From Podarcis cretensis (taxonomy: Eukaryota), in NCBI GenBank assembly GCA_951804945.1, contig OX638159.1:39866001-39930000 (forward strand): 64,000 nucleotides of DNA, in the 5' to 3' direction. A model generated the notes under the pieces. It made no database searches, was not told the origin of the DNA, and saw only the letters and a program-made list of their open reading frames with translations. This document shows, piece after piece, positions 36,329 through 47,448 of the stretch (within the stretch, counting starts at the first letter, position 1; each line of letters starts with the position of its first letter). A program made the position numbers and the translations under genes.

Positions 36329-39300
36329 TATAGTACTTTACCCAATATGAATGGGTAGAATCCAGTAATGTGTGCTTGTGGACACTATTGGGATGGAGGC
36401 TAAATCTGTGCATCTGTGCATGGTGACTCCAGTATCTGGGATGAAGAATAGCACAAATGCATCTTGGATTCCATCCTGCTTGCTTTGTTCTACAGAACTC
36501 AGTGAGGGGCTCTGAACACTGAGCCAGACTCTAGCTGCATAAATTCAACCACCCTGGGTTGGACAGAATTCAGAGGGTTGGCGTATAGATTCATGCATGA
36601 CTATGTCAAGTTTCAGAAATCATAGAAAGCTTTTCCTAGTGAAGAAATAAATGAGTCTCATCCTTCCAAATGGTTGGAGGAAAAACAATGGCGAATTGAA
36701 AGGCAGGCGTTTGCTCTTGCACTCGCTCTGTCTTGGCATTTATGCACATCTGCCATCACCACCACTACCTATGAAACATATGTGAGGAGCCTGCAATGCT
36801 TTTCGATCTGCATTTATTCATCAAACTCATGAAACACGCTGTTCAGGAGCCAATGAAACTGAATCTTGTGGGCACCCCCATTGGAAGCTCTTTGGGAAAC
36901 TGAGCGACTGTCCTTACTTTATTCCCCTGGGACACGTTAAGAAAAGAAAAGAGATGGAAGCTTTGAAAGAAAAATCCAAAGGCAAGTCAAAAGCACCTAG
37001 TTAATAATGATCATGAAAATAGTTGAGTGTCAAATTTATCAGCACTGAACACCTCAACTTAAGCAGCTGCCAAGAAAAGATGAGTAAAAGCGGCAACTGC
37101 GATTTCCATGCCAAAACTAGGTTTGTCCTGCAGAAGTGGTCTGCGAAGCTTTGCACGAGGCTCCATCAACAACCCTGCAAATGCCCCGTCAACGTTTACG
37201 ACCTGCGCTTTATATGCACTTTACGTTCTACATCCCGGGTTTGTGGAGGGAAGAGAATGATCGCTGCAAAGCTGCTGCTGAGCTTCAGACGACAGAGATA
37301 TGTCCCAACAAGACATATTTCTGAACTTTAGAACAAAACTCTATACTATCAAGCACGCCTTAGATCTTTTAACAACACTTCCCCAAATGCCTTGTAAAAC
37401 AGTAAAGTCTGGTTGTAATTATCAAGCACCATACACACACTGTTTACAGTAGAGTTGTAATTTTTTAAAAATGTTTTTGCACAGAGAAGTAAAATACTTC
37501 TGAAAAGTACCCAAACGTCTACTGTGTTCCATGCCAACAGGGCAATTCAGCCAAAAATGCAGAGAGGGGAGAGATTGCCAAATAAAAGAAAATATAACAA
37601 ATTGGTAATGGCTTCTATCTTGACAGAAAATGAAAATTATACCTCAATGTGTGGCCACTCATGTGGACACATAAGAATGTCTTACAGGCAATCATTTTAC
37701 TTCAGATAACACACCCTGACAGTGGTGCACGGCATACTGGCTGGCTTTCACTTTCCATAAAAGCAGCAACCGTAACCTATAAAATGGTCTAGGAATCATA
37801 TAATTTATGCATATCCCACATGCATGCACACTCACACAATATTTATAATAAATCATCTCAAGCACACTGCTGTATTATGAGGGGTGGGTTGGAAGTCAGC
37901 ACTAAAAATTCCTTCAAAGTTGCCACAATTGGATCCAGCCACCCAATCTACTTAAAGGCACTGAAAAGGGTGGGGTGGGGGAGAAGAGTCCAAGTCCAAA
38001 AATATTTTTGTCCTCCAAACTAATCCCCCAACCATGAGATTCTTTGCACTTTTTATAGTCTTAAGGTTATTGAGATTCTGAATGTCAAAATCTACAAGCC
38101 GCCCACTCCAAAGTAGTCAAGCATGAAGCTGAAGAATGGTTTCTGCTGTTGCAATTTATATATATTATTGTTGTGGTTTATGTCTGGCTGTGGGTTGATA
38201 CAGGCTATCCCTGATTTGGTGCTACATGAATGAGCCTTCAGTTTAACAACAATCCTCAAGTCTTTCGTCCATCCTACCCCTCTCAATCCCTTCCTTTCCT
38301 GGCCTGCCAAAACAATGGATGTGCTTGACCTGCAAACCAGGATAGGATATCATAGTTGATCTTGGTTTCCAAGATATGCCTAAACAATTGGTTTCCTGGT
38401 TTGGACAAAGAGAAGGAATTGCTGTACGTGAGTGGAGATGTGTGTGTTAGGAACCCTCAAAATCTAACTTCAAAACTTTCATCTTATGGGAGAAGACAGC
38501 AAGCAGAGGGAACATGTAGGTCTTTTAGTCTAGAGTAAGATGTATGGCAACTGATCCAGAGAAGTTATGGATCATTAAATCCACACTACACCATGGAAAC
38601 CAACAGAGCTTTTTTCCAGCCAGAACTCGCTCAGGTAGGTGCCATTGCTATTATATGAGAACAAGGGAGGCATTCATGGTGAGGTATGGCCCCTCTTTTT
38701 CTAGAAAAATAGCACTGGAAATCAACACTGAATTCCTGGTGTCCAAGTATCATATGAAGAGGTCCTAAACTATTACAAATGTTCTAGGGTTATATTCCTG
38801 AAAAATAACCATGGTCTTTACATATTAACTGCCCTGGCCCAACCTGAAGATACAACTTTATAACTAAGGCAGGATGTCCAAGAAAGAAAATGCTATTTCT
38901 GTTTCCAGAATAGTTTATAACTCAGGATTGTAATTCTAACTGTTAATCAAAAGTTTAGCTAACTAGCCATGCTGCTGTTCTAGGTATCTCCAGAAGAAAC
39001 AGCAGCAGCCATGTGTTTTACTGAGGAAACGAAGTCTGCCTTCAGCGCCTGTAGTTTAACAAGTGATGTGTATAGTGAATGGAAGAACTTTAAAAGGGAA
39101 GAACAAAAGGTCTGTGGTTCAAATGCACCATAGGTGTGCAAACATTATCTGTTCATATAATGACTGCTGACGAAATTTTCCCTTCCTGCAAATTTCCTGC
39201 TTGTTACTTTCATTTTAAGCATTTGAAAACCTTGTTTGTAAAAAAAAGGATATTAAAAACTGGAGATCACTGCAGATCAAACTTGATTGTACAATTTCAT

Positions 39301-40041
39301 GCAAAAAATAAAATAAAAATTTGGTTCTGCAACAAGCAACTAGGTGATTTCCCCTTCCTTCATCATCACCACAAAATAAATACAGAACACGAGATTAAGT
39401 CTGCTATATGATCCAGGATCCTTAAGAGCAGAAAACGCAAACACAGTGAAGATTTCCACAGTAGCTGCAAGCAGTTTATTCAAAGGCCTCTCCTCCTTAC
39501 TGCCATCTCAAAAATATGCTATAACTCAAGCATTTAGCAGAAATAGATACAAGTTGCTCGGAACATCTAGTTCCATACCTATTTACATTAAGTTTTCTCA
39601 TTTCCCCTGCTTGCCAGCAACAAATGTAGGCATCCTTTGGCAAGCAACACTTTTAGAACTTGGAGGAAGTCTGTGTCCTTTACACAAGAAGTGTATGGAG
39701 AAGCAAGACTTGTTATTCTTAATGTGTCAGCTCAAGGCCTTATGTCTCCAGCATCACCTACATGTTTCATCTTCCAATAAATATTTAGCACTATTTTCTT
39801 TTGACTTTTAAATAGGATTGGGGGGAATCTTGTTAGCACAAATTGCAGCCTATTAAACTAGCCAACAGACATTTTGAATGTTACAGTACATTATGATGAG
39901 GAATAAGTTATTAGTTATATACTCAGTCTTGTAATTTTAGCTTTTATGAAACAAGGAGTCGTGACTTTCCAATGGTAGGAACAGTTCTCTTGCTTGGTTC
40001 ACATGTAACACCAACTCAGTTTGATCATCACAGTTGTGACT

Positions 40042-40042
<1 letters not shown>

Positions 40043-40074
<32 letters not shown>
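40043..40074. repeat. (ATT)n microsatellite
   Basis: Direct reading. Confidence 0.9.
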
Positions 40075-40078
<4 letters not shown>

Positions 40079-40876
40079 CCACCATTTATCAAAAGATCTC
40101 AGGACAGTGTACAACATTAGAAGCACATTACAAAACATCAGTGATAAAACATAATAAAAACATAGTAAAAAGCATACTGACAGAAAGCCTAATGGTAACA
40201 TAAGCATAATAACAGTCATCTCCCCCACACTTTCACAAGCATAGTTTATTTAATAGCCAATAGGCCTTGGTAAACAGGAATGTTTTTGCCTGGTCGTTGC
40301 ATTTTGCTGAAGTTTCTGAACCGTCTTCAACCTAGAAGTTACCAGAATATAGGCCACAGAAGTTAGGCTATCCCTGTCCAGATAGGGGCATATCTGGACC
40401 ACCCACCAAAGCTGGCAGAAGGCACTCTGTGGAACACCCCCAAGCTATGTACGTGCTCCTCAAAGAGGGAGTATAACCCCCTCAAGAGCAGGAAATCTTC
40501 CACCCATCTAGCCTAGGGAACCACCCACTAACAGTGCCTCTGTCTTATCTGGATTGAGCTTCAGTTTATTGGCTCTCATCCAGTCCATTACCGAGGCAAT
40601 GTACTCTTTACCTTGTTTGTACATGTAAATTCCCTTCCTCAATTCCTGGTTCAAGCTAACCAGAATTTGCTGTGACACTGGAATTGGAAGAACAGCTTGT
40701 CTCCATGGCAGAACTGAAAACCCACTTCAAGCAGTAAGCGGAGAGGGATCACAGTTCAGCAATCAAGCACATGTAGATTCCAGTTCAGTCCCTGGCATCT
40801 ACAGTTAGCAGGTGATTTGAAATTCTTGTTGTAAACCGCCCCGAGACCTCTGGGTATACGGTGGCGTAGAAGTTGA

Positions 40877-40888
40877 ATAATAGTAGTA

Positions 40889-40920
<32 letters not shown>
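40877..40920. repeat. (TAG)n/(TAA)n microsatellite
   Basis: Direct reading. Confidence 0.9.
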
Positions 40921-40962
40921 CCTCTGTTAGAGTAGCCAATTTTATTACATTTTCCCCTAAGC

Positions 40963-41100
40963 CAGCGGTTCTCAACCTGTGGGTCCCCAGATGTTGTTGG
41001 ACTACAACTCCCATCATCCCTGAGCTCTGGCCTTGCTAGCTAGGGGTGATGGGAGTTGTAGTTCAACAATGTCTGGGGACCCACAGGTTGAGAAAGGCTG
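40963..41100. mobile_element. Palindromic hAT MITE (138 bp)
   Basis: 59-bp arms matching 53/59 around a 20-nt spacer, with flanks cccctaagc / cgcctaagc. Older relatives at about 7100, 8030, 8505, 12775, 16190, 19968, 25360, 30870, 34165, 50300, 52810 and 57430. Confidence 0.9.
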
Positions 41101-41138
41101 CGCCTAAGCAAACATTTCAAGTCAAAAACGTTTCTTAC

Positions 41139-41242
41139 CATCCTTCATCATCCTCCACTTCAGGTTCAGACACTTCATTTTCAGGAGTCTCCGCTATTGC
41201 TTGGTTCAGTTTTGATTTGAATCTGTCCAGCAATGCCAGCGT
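41139..41242 (-). CDS. CWC27: CWC27 penultimate coding exon, 104 nt
   Basis: tgttttaattccag|ACGCTGGCATTG...GATGAAGGATG|gtaaga gives TLALLDRFKSKLNQAIAETPENEVSEPEVEDDEG(W). The terminal TG plus G of the last exon makes W. Confidence 0.96.
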
Positions 41243-42499
41243 CTGGAATTAAAACAAGACTGCTGCAAAAATTGCTCATTTCACCACACCTTTAAGTCCT
41301 AATAACACTAACACTTGAAGTGAGCAAGCATCCAATTGGTGTGATGACTTGGACTGTGAAATCAGCTGAGCAAATGCACTGTGTGTGCAGTATTTACGTA
41401 TGTATGTAATGAACTACTAACAAGCTATATCTAGTTTTTGTAAGACACTAAGTATGCCCACTCATCTGCCTCACTTCAATTCCATGTGCCCCAGTTCATG
41501 AGGCTTCAGTGAACCTGCCAGTACTCCAATGGGAATACAGATCTCTGTGCAAGCAGACCTGCCTTATCTTCTGTGCTGGAAAATGTTTCTCATTCCCATT
41601 GAACAGAGTGGAGCAGCTCATCGTCTTGCAAATGTCTGTGCAAATCAGATTTCTGCAGTACTTTATAACTGCATCCATTATGCATCCGTTGGTAAGTTAC
41701 AAATAAATTTAATAAAATATATGCTACCATCAGCAGCAGCATCACAGACTTAATTGTTTAGCTCTGCCTTTCCATCATTTTAAGTGTTTTAGCTAGGTTG
41801 CTTTTATTGCAGTGCTGCTTTTATTTTGTGATCTCTGATCTTAATGGACTGATGCTGCTTTAATATTATTGCTGGCTGAGGCTATTTAATTTTATTGTGA
41901 TCTGGTGTGTTTTAATTTGAACCATTAGATTCTCATAATGTAATAAATTTGCTTAAATTAGGTTATATATGTCATATTAATTTATTAAACAAAAACAGAT
42001 AAGCACCATTATCAGTGGTTTAGATGCACACTGGTAGTGAAACAACATCTAGGAACCCAAGGCTGAGAAAGGGTGGTCGAGGGGAAAGCTTACTTGGCCT
42101 TAAGACAGATTGCTCACCTGTAAGCTCTGGATTCCTAAAGTTGAGAAAGCTCTCAGTGTTGCTCTGCACAGCTATAGAACTTCTATACGGGACTGCACAG
42201 AATCCCAGCTTCCCACCCCCAAACCATTTGAAGACTTCTGATTTATTGGAAGATTGTATAATTAAGCTAAGTTTTCAGACCACAATTCAACATTAACAAA
42301 ATTAAAGAGAAACTTTGAGAACAGAAGGGAAGTCCTGCTGGATGAAGCCAAAGGTCCACTGGCCCAGCATCCTGTTCTCACAGTGGCTAACCAGATTCCG
42401 AGCGGATAGTACTGAGAGACACACTGCCTCAGATAATGAAAGGGTAACTGAATTAGTTTTAAAAACATCATGCTGGTTTCATCATCTTCAATTATTTAC

Positions 42500-42609
42500 C
42501 TGAACTTCACGGGAAGGTCCCTTCTTCGGCTGCTGCTGTTTCAGATGTTCATATTTCTTTTTTTCTTCCAGATATTCTGCAACAATGCTGTTTGGGGCAG
42601 CTTTGTCAT
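42500..42609 (-). CDS. CWC27: CWC27 internal coding exon (third from last), 110 nt
   Basis: ttctaaatgcag|ATGACAAAGCT...CGTGAAGTTCAG|gtaaat gives (D)DKAAPNSIVAEYLEEKKKYEHLKQQQPKKGPSREVQ, homologous to CWC27 AVAEYRREKQKYEALRKQQSKKGTSREDQ. Phase 1 in, phase 0 out. Confidence 0.94.
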
Positions 42610-45459
42610 CTGCATTTAGAAACCAATGAAAACATGCACTGAGCCAAGGATGACTATGATGCCATCACTGGGAAAGAGAGAGAAATAAGACTACATAAAT
42701 CACCTCTAGTGCTGAATACTGTCTGGTTAGCTATTTGACATATGAACTCATTAGAAAACACAATTTGCTGAGAAAACTAACTGACTGCATGTCTAGTCAG
42801 AAATAAAACCAATTTAGTTCAAGGAGTTTTGTACACTATGTGAGTACAGGATTGCTGTTTTAGTTTGGCAGATTAAAAACGATTTAAAGTCAAAGGGATG
42901 GTGAATTATGGTCTACTCTGAGTATGCTAACACTATATATCACTCTATATCAGCTTTTCATGTCGCAGAAGAAATGGGAATAGATTTGAGAATAGTACTT
43001 TGTACTTGGATTTGGAATAATATTGCTTGTTTGTTTATTTATTTTATTTATATACTGCTCTGCATCACAAGATCTCAGGGTGGTTCACAATAATATATTC
43101 CCCCCACCCCTGAAAGAATTCAGCATTGTTCTAAGGTGATTGTTCCATCTACCTAGATAGACCAATCCCCCACTATCTTCCCCTGAACACTGTTCTGGGG
43201 ATTCTCCTACCCTTCCCATGAGCCAATTTTGGGGTGGGGGTGGGGAAAAAGCCCCATTGCACAAGCAGGCTCATTAGTTAAATCCCACACAGAATTGATA
43301 ATCCAAAAAGAAAAAATCCAATTTGTGAAAAATACAATTTCAGTGTCGCCTGACCAGAACAAGACACATATATGTTAAGATTTGAATAGGTCCTGGCAGT
43401 ACACTGGAGTTCACGCAAACTACTTACAATCTGACGTGTTAATATGTGGAAAGGCAAAGCAAATCGTCTTTCACTTCAGGCAACAAAATGTCTCAGATGT
43501 GAACAACAGGCATACATCATGTAGCAAAGGGTTTAATCAAGACTTACTTATGCTTAGAGTGGTAGGTCCATTGATTCCAAATAACTAATTCTGGATTTAA
43601 CTCAGTGCATTTTCTATGTGTTTTGTATTGAAGTTGCCTTTGCCTCCCCACCAGCCCTTTATGACTGTCCCTGGTGGTAAAGTCTCGGACTATGGGTGGT
43701 GGGGGAGTAGGGGAAGGACGTCCTGAAAGCATGGTCTGAACTCGCTGCCACTGCACAGGACATGCATCTGTTTTGGAAAGGTTTGCTTGCTTGTTTTTGC
43801 TATGCATTTGGACATCTGTTAACCAAATGCTGCATGATAGTTCCTGAGTTCAAGAAGCAGTTTTTCATCTAAGTTGAGTACAACTGAACACCATTTTGAA
43901 TCAAGATGGCAGACAGAACATTTCAAAAATGCATTGATTTTAACTACTGTTTCAAAACTGAATTTATTATTATTATTGGTTTCTCAGAATTCCTATCCAA
44001 TGCCTGCTACATAACAGATAATATTAGCTTTCCAGAGCTTCAAGTGAACCACAATGGTCTATTTCCCTTTTATCCTATGCCGCTGTAGTACTGTCATACA
44101 TAAAGGATGAGCATTAGAAAAAATGGACTTTTGGGCCAACTTTGTTAATCTATCCTTGTTATGTTGTATCTCTGCAACTTTACAGAATATTTTTTGCTTC
44201 TGACATTTATTCGAGTTGGAATAGTGATTACATGGAAAGTAGTATGCTATCCATGTTCTTTTTGGGTTTTGGCTGAGTTTACAAACTGGTGCTTAAGTAT
44301 TCCACTTTATAATATTGAAGTTTTATGCCCCATTGTATAGAACCAAAAATATGATAGGTTGCAAAAATATAGGGTTTGGATCCAGTTTTTACTGTGTTCT
44401 GTATTAGTTTTGTTTTTAAATATTTTGCAGCAAGGCACTGCCAAAAACAACACCATTATCTACAATAATTTTCTCAGATTATAATTGTAAACATGGTCCT
44501 GTTCTATAAAGAACTGAACACCAATAATCTAATAAAAATGTATTTAAGGTCTACCATTATTTATTTGAAGATTGATTTTGTTCAAATTTGGGTTTCTGAT
44601 TCATCTTTAACAAACTTGAATATTCAGATTTAACAATTTAGTGTATTCATGTAGATAAATACAGAACCCCATTCATGAAATTGTTGGTGAAACTCCTTAA
44701 AAATGCAGTTATGGTCCCAAATCAGGAACCAAAATGATTCCTGAAACCCCTACCCTGCTATGTGAAATTTGATGAAAACCCCTGACACATATTAAAAGCA
44801 ATTTATCAATTTTTAAGATGGCTATACCTTCAGTTTTTGGAACATCCCAGAAACAGTACTCACTAAAGCTGAAAACCTACCAGCAACTTCATACACACAC
44901 AAAAATTCTTGACATAACTATTTGTAGATTTGTGCGAGTAGAATATTTGTGAACAAAATTGTATGCAACAAAGTGAGGTTTTTCTTCTTCCAGGAATTGG
45001 AATTACTGACTAGGAAATAGGAGTTGCTAACTAACAAACAAAATGTTTGGTTTTCTGGTGAAGTTTTTATAGTGATACAACTAACACTACTTAGTATATT
45101 AACATTTGGTGCAGACCCCAACCTGAAAGTTGAAAGAGTCTGGAGGTGATTAATATATTCTTTTCATCTGCTTGTTTGTGCATTTAAGAGCTCATAGAAG
45201 TGGACTACACTACAACGCTCTGTGAGCAAGGCACTGATGGACTCCCCTATGTATGGAAGGTGAATTAGGGAACTGTGCAAATCCTTTCATCCATTATTAA
45301 CACTACTCATTCTAGGAAGAGATGGTTTAAATGCCAAGTAAGTGCCTGAAAAGAACATGGGGAATTGGCCTTTAGCTGCCTTGATTTTATCTCAGAAACG
45401 CAAGTTACAAATGCCAAAAATCAATTAAGCAAACTTTCTTTCTTGCAAACATGCAGACA

Positions 45460-46998
45460 TCTGTGGCAGAGCATCTGGCTTTTACATACAGAAGGCACCT
45501 GGCATCTCTAGGTAGGGCTAGGCCTGAAATCTTTGAGAGCCACTGCCAGTCAGGATAGATAAATCCGAGCTTGATAGACCAAATGTCTGACTTGGTATAA
45601 GGTTGTTGTTGTTTAGTCGTTTAGTCATGTCCGACTCTTCGTGACCCCATGGACCAGAGCCCGCCAGGCACTCCTATCTTCCACTGCCTCCCGCAGTTTA
45701 GTCAGACTCATGTTTGTAACTTCGAGAACACTGTCTAACCATCATGTCCTCTGTCGTCCCCTTCTTCTTGTGCCCTCAATCTTTCCCAACATCAGGGTCT
45801 TTTCCAGAGAGTCTTCTCATGAGGTGGCCAAAGTATTGGAGCCTCAGCTTCACGATCTGTCCTTCCAGTGAGCACTCAGGGCTGATTTCCTTAAGAATAG
45901 ATACGTTTGATCTTCTTGCAGTCCATGGGACTCTCAAGAGTCTCCTCCAGCACCACAGTTCAAAAGCATCAATTCTTCAGCGATCAGCCTTCTTTATGGT
46001 CCAGCTCTCACTTCCATACATCACTACTGGGAAAACCATGGCTTTTACTATACGGACCTTTGTTGGCAAGGTGATGTCTCTGCTTTTTAAGATGTTGTCT
46101 AGGTTTGCCATCGCCTTTCTCCCAAGGAGCAGGCGTCTTTTAATTTCATGACTGCTGTCACCATCTGCAGTGATCATGGAGCCCAAGAAAGTAAAATCTC
46201 TCACTGCCTCCATTTCTTCCCCTTCTATTTGCCAGGAGGTGATGGGACCAGTGGCCATGATATTCGTTTTTTTGATGTTGAGCTTCAGACCATATTTTCG
46301 CTCTCCTCTTTCACCCTCGTTAAAAGGTTCTTTAATTCCTCCTCACTTTCTGCCATCAAGGTTGTGTCATCTGCATATCTGAGGTTGTTGATATTTCTTC
46401 CGGCGATCTTAATTCCGGCTTGGGATTCATCCAGCCCAGCCTTTCGCATGATGAATTCTGCATATAAGTTAAATAAGCAGGGAGACAGTATACAGCCTTG
46501 CCGTACTCCTTTCCCAATTTTGAACCAATCAGTTGTTCCATATCCAGTTCTAACTGTAGCTTCTTGTCCCACATAGAGATTTCTCAGGAGACAGATGAGG
46601 TGATCTGGCACTCCCATTTCTTTAAGAACTTGCCATAGTTTGCTGTGGTCAACACAGTCAAAGGCTTTTGCATAGTCAATGAAGCAGAAGTAGATGTCTT
46701 TCTGGAACTCTCTAGCTTTCTCCATAATCCAGCACATGTTTGCAATTTGGTCTCTGGTTCCTCTGCCCCTTTGAAATCCAGCTTGCACTTCTGGGAGTTC
46801 TCGGTCCACATACTGCTTAAGCCTGCCTTGTAGAATTTTAAGCATAACCTTGCTAGCGTGTGAAATGAGTGCAATTTTCCGGTAGTTGGAGCATTCTTTG
46901 GCACTTCCCTTCTTTGGGATTGGGATGTAGACTGATCTTCTCCAATCCTCTGGCCACTGCTGAGTTTTCCAAATTGGTATAAGGTAGCTTCCTATATT
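45460..46998 (+). mobile_element. tRNA-derived SINE split by the BovB insertion
   Basis: gtggcagagcatctggctttacatacagaagg...ctgacttggtataagg resumes after BovB as tagcttcctatattt. Confidence 0.7.
45604..46973 (-). mobile_element. 5'-truncated RTE-BovB LINE (reverse transcriptase pseudogene)
   Basis: RT motifs QAGFQRGRGTRDQI, FIDYAKAFDCVDH, GVRQGCILSPCLFNLY, LRYADD, then MATGPITSWQI...YGSESWT. Frameshift near 46290 and internal stops. (CAA)n tail and 12-bp TSD TTGGTATAAGGT (45592-45603, 46974-46985). Confidence 0.96.
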
Positions 46999-47197
46999 TA
47001 TAACTTTAGCCTAGTTCTGTACTCCTCTTGGCTTCAGTTTGGCTAGCAAACTCGGGTCATCCTTGCTGTAACTCTCTTCTTCTCTGTCCTCTCTCTCCCA
47101 AACCCAGCCTAATGTTAGTACAACGAATTTAAATTTCAAATGATTTATTTAGCCAATACCACTACTACTCCCAAGATATATGCTTATCAAGGGTATA

Positions 47198-47448
47198 CAG
47201 TCGTATCTTGGTTCTCGAACGCCTTGGTACTCGTACGTTTTGGCTCCCGAACGCCAAAAATCCGGAAGTAAGTGTTCTAGTTTTCAAATGTTCTTTGGAA
47301 GCCGAACGTCCGACGTGGCTTCTGCGGCTTCCGATTGAGTGCAGGAAGCTCCTGCAGCCAATCAGAAGCCGTGCCTTGGTTTTTGAACAGTTCTGGCAGT
47401 CAAACGGACTCCCAGAACGGAGTAAGTTCGACAACCAAGCTACCACTG
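47198..47448. mobile_element. Tigger-like MITE family C
   Basis: TA+CAGTCGTATCTTGGTTCTCGAAC ... GTTCGACAACCAAGCTACCACTG+TA. Inverted relative at 56753-56969. Confidence 0.85.
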
